Source of the DNA: a virus
Reading direction: 5' to 3' (one strand)
IMG/VR virus record: IMGVR_UViG_3300021077_000115
Coordinates: 1 to 46,063 of that record
DNA length: 46,063 nucleotides
Part shown: one piece after another, positions 15,939-25,227 of the stretch
Layout of the letters: the number at the start of each line of letters is the position of its first letter
Position numbering within the stretch: position 1 is the first letter of the stretch
Notes under the pieces: generated by a model
What the model saw: only the letters and a program-made list of their open reading frames with translations
Databases searched by the model: none
What the model was told of the DNA's origin: nothing
Program-made: the position numbers and the translations under genes

Positions 15939-17134
15939 AAGTAATTTCGGATCAGCCATTTACCTCTAGCGATTTAAGTATTATAGAGGTTGATGATGGA
16001 ATATCATGTGAAGATATTTTTTGCAACTACCGAATAAGGAATAACCAACTAGTAATCAAGAAACCTTTTGGTAACACAGCTGATTTGAAGATTGCCTTTG
16101 TAACCAATTGGAATATGGCTTGTGGTATCTCTACCTATGCTGAAGCATTGTTTCCTAAAATAGCAAAGCAATTCAGAGATTATAGATTATTCATTGAGGA
16201 TAATGGAACAACAGGCTACAATATAATACCATGTTGGAAACGTGGAGAGGATCCTTCTGAGCTAATAGATAAGCTAAAGGAATATGATCCTGATATCATA
16301 CTAATAAATCATGAGTGGGGGCTGTTCCCCAACGCAACTATTTGGCTATCATTGATGACACAGCTAGATGATTATAGGGTTGTCGTTGTCCTACATAGTG
16401 TCTTTCACCATGCAGATAAGACAATCTGTGAAGCCGCTATGCCAGAGATTATTATTCATTCAGAAAGCGGTAAGAAGGTTCTCAAAGAAGAGAAAGGTAT
16501 AGCTGGAACAGTAACAGTAATTCCACATGGCTGTGATGATTACGATGGCGAAAGATTATGGAACTTGTATCATACCAAGCATTGTATATTGCAGGTTGGG
16601 TTTGGATTGAGGTACAAGAACTTTCAGGATTCGATTAGAGCAACAGCAATATTAAAAAATAAATACAATGATATATTCTTTACAGCATTGTTTTCAGAGT
16701 CACCATTTGGACGAATGGATCACCAGAAATATTATGATGAACTGATAGCCCTTGTAGAAGAGCTTGGATTGAAAAGGCATGTAGCTATTGTTAGGGGATT
16801 CCAATCAGATAATGTTATTAACTCTTATATGAAAACCAATAAGGTTGCGGTATTCCCATACATAGCCCAGAAGGGACATGAAGTTCATGCGGCAACAGGA
16901 ATTTCAAGGAAGGCAATGGCAAAAGGAATTCCTGTAATCTCAAGTTCGAGCGCTCACTTCTCGGATGTGCCAACAATAAAAGCAGACTCTCCAGAAGAAA
17001 TTGCAAACGCAATTGAATGCCTATTCGAAGATGAGTCTTTGGTTGCCGCACAACTAAATAGGCAGAAAGAATACGTCGAGAAGTTCTCTTGGGTAAATAC
17101 AGCTGGACTATACAATAAAGTATTCAACCCGTAA
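15905..17134 (+). CDS. Glycosyltransferase, GT-B fold (group 1 / GT4-like).
   Basis: It is 409 aa. The C-terminal half carries an E…K…G…E-like region (GHEVHAATGISRKAMAKGIPVI) typical of retaining GT4 enzymes. It overlaps the previous gene. Confidence 0.5.
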   Translation: MSYIGHRNNEIKVISDQPFTSSDLSIIEVDDGISCEDIFCNYRIRNNQLVIKKPFGNTADLKIAFVTNWNMACGISTYAEALFPKIAKQFRDYRLFIEDNGTTGYNIIPCWKRGEDPSELIDKLKEYDPDIILINHEWGLFPNATIWLSLMTQLDDYRVVVVLHSVFHHADKTICEAAMPEIIIHSESGKKVLKEEKGIAGTVTVIPHGCDDYDGERLWNLYHTKHCILQVGFGLRYKNFQDSIRATAILKNKYNDIFFTALFSESPFGRMDHQKYYDELIALVEELGLKRHVAIVRGFQSDNVINSYMKTNKVAVFPYIAQKGHEVHAATGISRKAMAKGIPVISSSSAHFSDVPTIKADSPEEIANAIECLFEDESLVAAQLNRQKEYVEKFSWVNTAGLYNKVFNP

Positions 17135-17459
17135 CTGCAGATTTCCTTTTACTCTCATACCAATGCCTATATTGAGCGAACCATTCTCGAACGTAGTCAG
17201 CGTCATCTAGATCTATTTCCTCTAATGGAGGCGGCGCTGAATTCAGTGCAGCAAGGCTTTTGACACTAGCCTTCTCTTGGTTCCTGAACTTTCGGCGCTC
17301 TTCAATGTTAGCATCGATGCGCTGGTCTATTAGCTCATTCATTGCTTTGACAAAACGAGCTGATGAATCCCTTGCATCTCCTAGATCGGCATTGCCGGTT
17401 CTAAGATCATTCTGGGCTTTAATTGCCTCTATCAATGATACAAGTAGCATATCAACCAT
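17124..17459 (-). CDS. Hypothetical protein (111 aa).
   Basis: ORF only. Confidence 0.4.
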   Translation of the reverse strand: MVDMLLVSLIEAIKAQNDLRTGNADLGDARDSSARFVKAMNELIDQRIDANIEERRKFRNQEKASVKSLAALNSAPPPLEEIDLDDADYVREWFAQYRHWYESKRKSAVTG

Positions 17460-17498
17460 GTCCCACCTCAGTGATTAACATGCTACATTATGCTAAGT

Positions 17499-17909
17499 CT
17501 ATTCCGTTGGGAATATACTCTCTGGCATTATTTGACCGATCCAATTATTAAACATCTCACCATCATTATGTTCGGTCTTCATAACAATATTAATCAGTTT
17601 GGCAAATCTTTTTTTAGATCGAAATGCTGATATGTGACAAAGAATATAATCTGATGTAGAGATGTCGGCAACACCTATCATTCTTAGTTTTGGATTGCCA
17701 TATGCTCTAAGATTGTTTCTTTGTCTTCCCTTGATCCATAATCCAAATTCTTCCGGATCTTTTATCACGCTCATTTGGATAGACCTTTTGGCAATGAATG
17801 TCCTCATATCACTCAATTGTTTATCCAAGAAAAGCAAATGAGTAACTGGAACTGCCGTCGCCAACACCACACCATCAACCACTACATCTGCAACCAAAGG
17901 GGCCGTCAA
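17499..17909 (-). CDS. Hypothetical protein (136 aa).
   Basis: ORF only. Confidence 0.4.
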   Translation of the reverse strand: MTAPLVADVVVDGVVLATAVPVTHLLFLDKQLSDMRTFIAKRSIQMSVIKDPEEFGLWIKGRQRNNLRAYGNPKLRMIGVADISTSDYILCHISAFRSKKRFAKLINIVMKTEHNDGEMFNNWIGQIMPESIFPTE

Positions 17910-18035
17910 AGTCCAGATATCTGAAACTCAGTGTGACTCGTTCATTAAGGATACTGTCCGGACAACCGCCGGGCCGCGCTTCCTTGCCGCTGCGTGGCAT
18001 TTCGCGCCTGCGAGCGTTCTTATTTCCCACAATGG

Positions 18036-18590
18036 CTACGCAAAATTGGCATCAGGTGGAAGCGAGCCGTAATATTCGGCCAGTGACGCCTTCGAAATTT
18101 CCGCACTACATCGTTCATCGGGCGCACACCCTCGACGAGCCTTGCGCCACGGATCTTCCATGTGAGTTAAGTCACTGAGCCACTGCGCAGACTTACTGCC
18201 ATAGTCACGAATTACCGCATCAATAGTTTCACGTGCATCCGTGCCGATCAGCGATGCGTTCCCCTTGACCCACGTGTTCACTGTGAATTGCCCACGATGA
18301 ACGGCGTAAAGTTCTGGCACCACGGGGCCATTTGCCCATGCTTCGATTCTCTCGTCGAATAGCGCCCGTTCGTCCCAAACGAGGGACCACGCTTGCGAAT
18401 AGTAGACAAGCTTTTGAAGCTTCATTGCGGAGATGGTTCCGCATTTCTCCAAAATGTACGCAGCAACGTCGTGAACTGAATTCGCCATTTTCAAATCGTC
18501 AATTCCTAGACAGATACGCCGCAGAATTGCCTCCAATAAGGAGTAGATTGCCTTCCTGACGGGCAACCGACCGATTATTCCAGTACTCAT
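18036..18590 (-). CDS. Panacea-domain (DUF4065, SocA-like) protein, a putative antitoxin.
   Basis: MKLQKLVYYSQAWSLVWDERALFDERIEAWANGPVVPELY matches the DUF4065/Panacea core (KLxYyaqgw…lf.e…AW..GPVvp.ly). The gene has elevated GC (~52%). Confidence 0.6.
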   Translation of the reverse strand: MSTGIIGRLPVRKAIYSLLEAILRRICLGIDDLKMANSVHDVAAYILEKCGTISAMKLQKLVYYSQAWSLVWDERALFDERIEAWANGPVVPELYAVHRGQFTVNTWVKGNASLIGTDARETIDAVIRDYGSKSAQWLSDLTHMEDPWRKARRGCAPDERCSAEISKASLAEYYGSLPPDANFA

Positions 18591-18895
18591 AGTCTCATCA
18601 CGTCGGCAGGACGCGTCAATCCATTGCGTGAAAAATCGAACCGATCCCTGCAGGTGGGGCTTGTCTCCGCGAGTCCAGCTTGTGCTAGCTTGACAATCTC
18701 GGGAGCATTTTGTTGAATGACTTTGCGCTGTTCAGGTTGCTTCAGCGTTGGGTCTTCGGTATGTGGCGCATATGTTGCCACAAATCCTGAAAATAAATCT
18801 GGCTTCTGCAAAACATGATGTGTCTTAGACAGATCTGCATAACCATTCTTCTTAGTACCATCTTCGATAGCAATTATCTGATTGAGCTTTGGCAT
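18587..18895 (-). CDS. Hypothetical 102-aa protein. It is a candidate toxin partner, co-translated with the Panacea-domain gene.
   Basis: There is a 4-nt overlap with the downstream Panacea gene. The two genes form an island with local GC elevation. Confidence 0.45.
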   Translation of the reverse strand: MPKLNQIIAIEDGTKKNGYADLSKTHHVLQKPDLFSGFVATYAPHTEDPTLKQPEQRKVIQQNAPEIVKLAQAGLAETSPTCRDRFDFSRNGLTRPADVMRL

Positions 18896-19030
18896 GTTTT
18901 AATCGACTTCTTTAATAACCTAGAGCTTTGCCGAGAGGCCTAAAGATTGCGGCGGCCAGCTGACGTTTGCCTGTAGGCGTGTGCCGAGCAATGAGTTCGT
19001 CCCGCATACTATTCATTGAAGTTGTTCCTG

Positions 19031-19071
19031 TCAATAAAACAATTGAGGGGCGGTGATATTCCGCCCCTCAA
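19031..19071 (-). terminator. Rho-independent terminator: an 11-bp perfect stem with a 7-nt loop, followed by a T-run on the minus strand.
   Basis: ttgaggggcgg-tgatatt-ccgcccctcaa at 19043..19071. The minus-strand downstream sequence is TTGTTTTATT. It sits 9 nt past the stop of the coiled-coil gene. Confidence 0.6.
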
Positions 19072-19079
19072 CCTATTAT

Positions 19080-20013
19080 TTACTTCTTGCCGCCTTGGTT
19101 TTGAATAGTTTCCTGCACGGCAGACAAAGCCTGCTTGCCGGATTGAGCATTCATAGCCGCAACTGCAACCTCTTTGACCTCTGAATCCTTCTTTTCAAGG
19201 GCAGTTCGCAGCTGAGATATCTCACGATCCTTAGCAGAAACTGACTCTTTCAAGCTTGCATTTTCATGCGCCAGAATTCTTTTCTCATTATCGAATTCCA
19301 AAGCCTTAATTCTGGCTTCGGTTTCATGTCTTGTCTTAATGGAGTTGCCGATAATAGCAACCTGCTTATCAACTTCTGCCTTGACAGTGATATCGAAATT
19401 ATCGATCTTTGATTTGGCCATAGCGATTTCAGCTTCCAATTTCTGGATAGCGTCTTCTCGCTCCTTCCAATTCTTTACATGAGATTCTTCAGCTTGTTGT
19501 AATTCAAGAACTCTCTTTGTATGAGTTGCCTTCCATGTATCTTCTAAATTCCTGCGCGCAATACCCTTTGCGTATTCGAGCTGCTACATGTTCTGCCTGC
19601 TCCTTGGCCCATGCTTTACGGAACTCATCTTCAGTCTTCAACAACTCAGCTTTGCGGGCTTCATAGTGAAGAACAAGATCAGTTAAAGAAGCGGCAACCA
19701 CTTCTTTATCATAGATAGATTCCATCTCCTCTTGCTTTGCCTCGATAGCATCTTTTATAGTCTGAAGAGAGTAAATCTCAGACTCAAAAAGCTCCCGAAC
19801 AGAATTGAGGGTTTTGGAAATATCAAGCCCAGCTTTGGTTAATGATTGAGTAACCTTCTCAACTGTAAGCGATGCAGAGTCTGCAACCGCTTTATCCTTT
19901 TGTAAGGCTCTCACTTTACGAACCTTTTCATCTTGAAGAGGTGCTTGAATTACATCATTGACGATGTCAGAGACGTTTGTTTTTGATTTAGATGTTACTT
20001 TTTTCTGCGCCAT
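19080..20013 (-). pseudogene. Coiled-coil protein gene split into two ORFs (19504..20013 and 19080..19439) by an apparent single-nucleotide frameshift near 19560..19590.
   Basis: The second frame is open upstream to a TAG at about 19586. It reads …YAKGIARRNLEDTWKATHTKRVLELQQAEESHVKNWKEREDAIQKLEAEIAMAKSKIDNF, which is continuous heptad-like sequence joining straight into the annotated downstream ORF. Confidence 0.5.
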
Positions 20014-20156
20014 TGTATACCTTCTTTGTCCTATTATTTGCTCAAACAGAGCGTTTTTATGGACGTATTATTTGTGGAACGGGTATTAGCCCGCACCATA
20101 TCTATATCAATACTTTCTGATATTGATGCGATATTGGTGAAAATTAATTCCCAAAT

Positions 20157-20444
20157 TTAGCTAAGCGGAACATTATTCATCCGAATAGCAAAAGAGTTTA
20201 TTTGACAATCGCTATCTTGATATGGATGCTTGCCAATAAGATCCTTGATATCAGTGTTTCTAATTGTGAACTGGGACACCTCATCAACGGACTTTCCAAC
20301 CACCGCACATTCTTCTGTACAATTAGTACAGCTCCAAATGAAACAAGTTCCATTGACTATGAAAACACCACCTTCTACTGATCCACAATGCGGGCATCCA
20401 AATTTAGTAAGATCAAAATTGCTGATTACTAGCAGCGTGTCCAT
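20157..20444 (-). CDS. Cys-rich zinc-binding hypothetical protein (95 aa).
   Basis: CPHCG…CTNCTEEC. Confidence 0.4.
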   Translation of the reverse strand: MDTLLVISNFDLTKFGCPHCGSVEGGVFIVNGTCFIWSCTNCTEECAVVGKSVDEVSQFTIRNTDIKDLIGKHPYQDSDCQINSFAIRMNNVPLS

Positions 20445-20783
20445 GCGTCCTCCTCAGATCTCACCTATTAAGTAAGCGCAGTTCGGTCTCGGGCCGCCTT
20501 CCCTAATCTGCGGCATCGTACTCATCGGGCGTCCAGGGTCAAGTTTTTTATGAATTAGATTCATGATTTGCGAGATAGCTGACTACATCAGGATTGGGCC
20601 GGATGACCGTACAACAACTATTTGGAATATCCTAATAGTTCCAATTTAGGCTCAATTAATTCATTCATATAACAACTTATCCTGATTTTTTCATGTGAGT
20701 TATATGACATGGGATAACTTTGCATTATCTCGAACCTCTAATAGGTAATTTTTACCAAAGGATTCTAATCCTGTAGGACCATT

Positions 20784-21701
20784 ATGAGTAAACCAAGACA
20801 AGAGTTTTTAGGACCAATTACCAAATTAGCAGCTGTCTATGATACTTCATGGATGCCTGATGGCTACGGTATCGTTGATGGCTATGGCGCAGAAATCCAT
20901 AATGTTACTATGGTTCTTAATTCCCGTACCCCTCATCCAACTACAGGGGCAGGCAGAGGTTCGTTCTGGGTAAAACCAGGCAGCCCAACAACCCCTTGGT
21001 TTACAGATAGTGCTGGCACTGATATCTCACTGACAGGAATCTCACCTGGCGGCAATAATACACTTCTTTATACCGATGGAACAGGGTCTATGTTGTGGTC
21101 CGGTGCCCCAACAATTAGCACCCTACAGCTAACAGGGCATCTTACATTAGATAATTCATCCATAGTTACTAGTGTAGTTGGCCCAACTATTACATGCTTC
21201 AATGATAGTGTCGTTTTTGATTCACGTTCAGACTTTGGATCTACTACTATTGGTCCCTTCATTTATAATCAGACTGACGGCTATATCTCACGGTTTGATA
21301 AACAACAAGGTGGATTTGGTGTTTTTGGAGCATCTCCGCAAAAGAAGCTGACATTTCAAACTTCAATCCATGGCCATCCAATACAGAGCAACTGTAGCAT
21401 TATGGGTAAAATGCGCATCGGTTGGATTGGTAATGGAAACTATACCAATGGTGGATGCATGGAATTCCTAGTTGTAGTTACCACCAATGGATTTGGAGCA
21501 GTATCAGTTGTTAATCATAGCGCTGGTGACACTGATGGATTGATGCATATCAGCGGCAGTGGACAGACAGATCCTATAGTTACCGTTGGTTCTGATAGTC
21601 CTAGCTCGTTTTATGTTCAGTTTATGTTCGCTGGCGAAGCTTTTAATCAAGGGTCAAAAGCATCCTGGCAATTCGAATATGGATGGTGTGCAAACGGATA
21701 A
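20784..21701 (+). CDS. Gly/Ser/Thr-rich hypothetical protein, a possible virion fibre or structural protein.
   Basis: Composition and size only. Confidence 0.4.
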   Translation: MSKPRQEFLGPITKLAAVYDTSWMPDGYGIVDGYGAEIHNVTMVLNSRTPHPTTGAGRGSFWVKPGSPTTPWFTDSAGTDISLTGISPGGNNTLLYTDGTGSMLWSGAPTISTLQLTGHLTLDNSSIVTSVVGPTITCFNDSVVFDSRSDFGSTTIGPFIYNQTDGYISRFDKQQGGFGVFGASPQKKLTFQTSIHGHPIQSNCSIMGKMRIGWIGNGNYTNGGCMEFLVVVTTNGFGAVSVVNHSAGDTDGLMHISGSGQTDPIVTVGSDSPSSFYVQFMFAGEAFNQGSKASWQFEYGWCANG

Positions 21702-21704
21702 ACT

Positions 21705-22490
21705 ATGATCTATTGCATAGCTGGATTACATGACCCAAGATGGTTACAAAATATCTTGCACAATTACAAGAGGCAACGCTGTACAAAAAAATGTCTAATC
21801 ATCGTAGAAAATGGCGATGCTGTAGGAAGTATAGACCAAGCTATCTTACCAGAAGAAGTAATTGTACTTAAATCAGAGCGTGGGCCAGCTCAAGCTATGA
21901 ACATAGGCCTTCAATTCTTGAAGGCTCGTGCCAATTCTAATGATTGGTTTTGTAAATTTGATAGCGATGATTGGTATGGGGCTAAGTATTTAACCACAAT
22001 AAACGCTGCAATCAAAGCAGGAGTTGATTATTGTGGCCGAAGCTCTTTGTATATAAAACCATCCTTTGGTAAAAAACTATGGTTTGTCAAATCAACACAA
22101 CAGATGACAATATTTCATGGACCAACAATTGCTGGAAAGATAAGTTCCGCAGTAATGTTTCCTGAAGTAAAAGATTGGGGGGAGGATGAGCAGTGGTGTA
22201 TAGAGATGACTAAGGCTGGAAAGCTTTGCATAACTCTTGAGCCAGAGCATTTTTTGTATCAGCGGCATGCGGATTATACTCATACTTGGCCATGTAAAGA
22301 TGATGAGATTAGAACAAGCTGGCAAACACCGTTTCAAGAGATGGATTTTGATATCGATATTGTAATTGGTAAAAAGCCTCGAATTGGTAAGATGCTTGAC
22401 GTACCAGAATTTTCATTAGATAACTTTATGCCATTCAGATTATTACAAGAACAAGGTTCGAAAAGCGTCAATTTTATAGGTACTGTGTAA
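21705..22490 (+). CDS. Putative GT-A-fold glycosyltransferase.
   Basis: FDSDDWY is a DxD-type motif after a Rossmann-like N-terminus. Confidence 0.4.
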   Translation: MIYCIAGLHDPRWLQNILHNYKRQRCTKKCLIIVENGDAVGSIDQAILPEEVIVLKSERGPAQAMNIGLQFLKARANSNDWFCKFDSDDWYGAKYLTTINAAIKAGVDYCGRSSLYIKPSFGKKLWFVKSTQQMTIFHGPTIAGKISSAVMFPEVKDWGEDEQWCIEMTKAGKLCITLEPEHFLYQRHADYTHTWPCKDDEIRTSWQTPFQEMDFDIDIVIGKKPRIGKMLDVPEFSLDNFMPFRLLQEQGSKSVNFIGTV

Positions 22491-22512
22491 ACTAACTCAA
22501 GGAAGGAAAGTA

Positions 22513-22779
22513 ATGGACTCAGAAAAACCAACAGATCCAAATGGAGTAGCAATTAGCCAGGAAGACAGATCGAGGGATACAGAACCATCAAATCTAAAAC
22601 CAACACTCGAAGATTTGATATCCTCATTGGTTGGGAGTGTACAAAGATTAGAAGTGCAAGTTGCAGAAATTCAATCTGATCCTCCAAAATGGATGCAACA
22701 ATTTATGCAGAGAATCGAAAAACTTGAAAGCAATTGCAGAAATAATCATGAGAATAATAAAAATCTAAGACTTTTCTAA
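22513..22779 (+). CDS. Hypothetical protein (88 aa).
   Basis: The SD AAGGAAGGAAAG lies 3 nt upstream of the ATG. Confidence 0.45.
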   Translation: MDSEKPTDPNGVAISQEDRSRDTEPSNLKPTLEDLISSLVGSVQRLEVQVAEIQSDPPKWMQQFMQRIEKLESNCRNNHENNKNLRLF

Positions 22780-23763
22780 TACATAAATGTTATTAGATAT
22801 TAGCGTATCTTTGATATATTTTTCAACCTCTTCATCAGATTGATTGTAGTAAGTACATATAAGAAGGCAACCGTTATCCTTACATAATCTATATTTATCT
22901 GCGTCTTTATGAATCTGATAGAAAAAATCTTTTAATTCTTTAGGATGAAATTTACAAATTGCACAGCAATGTTGTTCGCCTTGATGTTCAAATATTATAT
23001 TTAAATCCGCACAATAGCCATCAGCCTCATACTTTCGTTTAGTTTTACTATTGAGCAACCATGGTATACTTCTAGTTTTCGGAAATTTCTTACCAGTTAG
23101 TTTTTCAAAAATTAGCCTTATTTTCTCCTCTTGATAATACAAATTACAATGTGGGCAACCAGAGTTACGCTCTCCAGCTCTATCGACAATTATTGCTTTC
23201 CAAGACTTCTTGCATTTGTCACAGACCCACCATGCCTTTATACCAGATCCACAAGTAACATCTTTTGCAGTTAAATTACCATTTAATATTGGATGCCACT
23301 GGCTAGCAATATTAGGCTTTTTGGTTGCTAAACAATTCCAACTGCAAGCCTTTCTTCCGGAACAATACGGACACCCATTATGCTGTCTATCCTTTACTAC
23401 AGCCCTATAGCTTTCCTTACAAATTGAGCATATCCACCATGCCTTTTTGTGAGATCCACACGTAATGTCATTTGCAGTAAGACTACCATTTAGTGTTGTG
23501 TGCCATTCTTTGGCAATTTCAGGAAGTTTTGTAGCCAGGCAATTACTTAAAGATGCTTTTGATCCAGCACAAAAAGGACAGTTGCTTTTCATATTTGTTC
23601 TATGATCTATTCTAGCCTCATAGCCTTCAAGACAAACCAAGCACCGCCACCATGCTCTTTTATGACTACAGGGTGAAATATCATGTGGATAAAAATCATT
23701 CTTTTCAAAATCCCACTCCTTAATAAGCTCTGGAAATTTATCAACCAAACAAGCTTTTAACAT
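22765..23763 (-). CDS. Protein with four tandem treble-clef zinc-ribbon repeats and a C-terminal nuclease-like domain.
   Basis: Repeats of the form KAWW[RIV]C..C…Y.A…DR…GCP[FY]C.G occur four times. The C-terminus EADGYCADLNIIFEHQGEQH is reminiscent of endonuclease-type YxxD…E.QG motifs. Confidence 0.55.
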   Translation of the reverse strand: MLKACLVDKFPELIKEWDFEKNDFYPHDISPCSHKRAWWRCLVCLEGYEARIDHRTNMKSNCPFCAGSKASLSNCLATKLPEIAKEWHTTLNGSLTANDITCGSHKKAWWICSICKESYRAVVKDRQHNGCPYCSGRKACSWNCLATKKPNIASQWHPILNGNLTAKDVTCGSGIKAWWVCDKCKKSWKAIIVDRAGERNSGCPHCNLYYQEEKIRLIFEKLTGKKFPKTRSIPWLLNSKTKRKYEADGYCADLNIIFEHQGEQHCCAICKFHPKELKDFFYQIHKDADKYRLCKDNGCLLICTYYNQSDEEVEKYIKDTLISNNIYVLEKS

Positions 23764-23874
23764 ATGGATATTATAGAATAGTATTGATGTTTCTCGACAG
23801 AATAATTACATTCCAATTCATCCGCCACTACGAAGATAGTGGTTTTCTTGGCATTGGATCGCTAAAGGATAACT

Positions 23875-25134
23875 ATGAAACTAATATCATACATCAAAAG
23901 ATTTAATAGTGAGCTAACACATGCCACTCCTAAATCTCCAGTTCGTGCTGGACAAAGACCATTGCCTGGAAGTCAATGGCCTCGTACTAGGAGCGTTAGC
24001 TATACTCCTAAACAACTAGCTGCATTCTATGGCTTCCCAACTAACGCAACTGGTGTGGGTACAAAAGTTGCTGTTATTGAATTGGGCGGCGGCTATGTTC
24101 AAGCAGATCTTAATAAGTATTTTACTTCCCTAGGACTTACGGTAAAGCCGGTTGTATTCCATGGTATCGATGGCGCAAAGAATGCTCCTGGTGATCCTAA
24201 TGGAGCTGATGGTGAAGTGATGTTAGACCTATGCATCATTGGTGCAATGGCCCCTGGTGCAGAGCTTCATTGTTATATGGCCCCAAACACTGACGCTGGA
24301 TTCTTGGACGCTATCAATCAGGCTATTACCGATGGTATGACAGCGATCAGTATCTCTTGGGGAGCTCCAGAAGATCAATGGAGTTCTACTTCAATTGCTA
24401 ATTTCAATGCCGCTTTCCAGCGTGCAGCTACTGCTGGTATTACTATTACAGTTGCAGCTGGTGATGGTGGCTCAAGTGATGGTGAGTCTGGTAGTCATGT
24501 TGATTTTCCATCTTCTTCACCACTTGTTCTTGGTTGTGGAGGAACCACACTTCCTTCTTTGAGTTCGACATCTGAAGCGGTATGGAATGATGGCGGTGGA
24601 GAAGCAACAGGCGGCGGCATTAGCTCATTGTTTGCCATTCCAGACTTTCAAGCAAAGGCAAATGTTCCTGGTGGAAAGTCTCGTGGCGTTCCAGATGTTG
24701 CCGGTAACGCTGATCCCAATAGCGGATGGAGTGTTATTGTTGATGGCCAGAGTTATGTTATTGGTGGGACAAGTGCTGTCGCCCCTATGTGGGCGGCTTT
24801 AGCAGCTTGCTTGACACAATCTCTTGGAAAGAATGTTGGATATCTAAACTCAGCTCTCTACTCCTTGGCTGGATGGAACCGAGATATTACCTCTGGTAAT
24901 AATGGAACCTATTCGGCGCGTGCGGGATATGATTGTTGCACAGGTATGGGAGTTCCAGTTGGAACCAAGCTGCTTACTGCATTGCAGACGGTTACACCTA
25001 CGCCAGTACCAACCCCAACGCCAACCCCAACACCAACGCCGGTTCCAACTCCACCAGCTCCAACTACAACAACCCATACGATTATTGTAACAGGAGCAAC
25101 GTCCATTACCTTGGATGGGAAAACGGTAGTATAA
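23875..25134 (+). CDS. Peptidase S53 (sedolisin/kumamolisin-like) with a C-terminal Pro-Thr linker and small terminal domain.
   Basis: The catalytic Ser motif GGTSAVAPMWAALAA matches the kumamolisin GGTSAVAP motif. There is an upstream acidic/His region (DGGSSDGESGSHVDFP). The TPTPVPTPTPTPTPTPVPTPP linker is present. The SD is AAAGGATAA. Confidence 0.7.
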   Translation: MKLISYIKRFNSELTHATPKSPVRAGQRPLPGSQWPRTRSVSYTPKQLAAFYGFPTNATGVGTKVAVIELGGGYVQADLNKYFTSLGLTVKPVVFHGIDGAKNAPGDPNGADGEVMLDLCIIGAMAPGAELHCYMAPNTDAGFLDAINQAITDGMTAISISWGAPEDQWSSTSIANFNAAFQRAATAGITITVAAGDGGSSDGESGSHVDFPSSSPLVLGCGGTTLPSLSSTSEAVWNDGGGEATGGGISSLFAIPDFQAKANVPGGKSRGVPDVAGNADPNSGWSVIVDGQSYVIGGTSAVAPMWAALAACLTQSLGKNVGYLNSALYSLAGWNRDITSGNNGTYSARAGYDCCTGMGVPVGTKLLTALQTVTPTPVPTPTPTPTPTPVPTPPAPTTTTHTIIVTGATSITLDGKTVV

Positions 25135-25160
25135 ATATATAAATAAGCGGTCGGACTAAT

Positions 25161-25198
25161 GCCTGGCTCAATAAAGAGCCAGGTATTATCAATTATTT
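25161..25198 (+). terminator. Probable rho-independent terminator after the S53 peptidase gene.
   Basis: gcctggctc-aataaa-gagccaggt, followed by an A/T-rich tract. Confidence 0.45.
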
Positions 25199-25227
25199 AA
25201 ACATTGCCAATATTATGACATATATAT

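Noticed and set aside
20460-20540. GC-rich, apparently structured stretch (gcgcagttcggtctcgggccgcc…ggcgtccagggtc) as a possible tRNA or sRNA.
   Set aside because: No tRNA T-loop or anticodon architecture could be built. Without covariance evidence it is just an intergenic GC patch. Not reported as a feature.
24587-25142. Several ORFs on both strands over the Pro-Thr linker (24850..25077-, 24902..25090+, 24909..25106-, 24933..25142+).
   Set aside because: These are artefacts of the (ACN CCN)n repeat, which is open in all frames. The S53 peptidase frame is the coding one.
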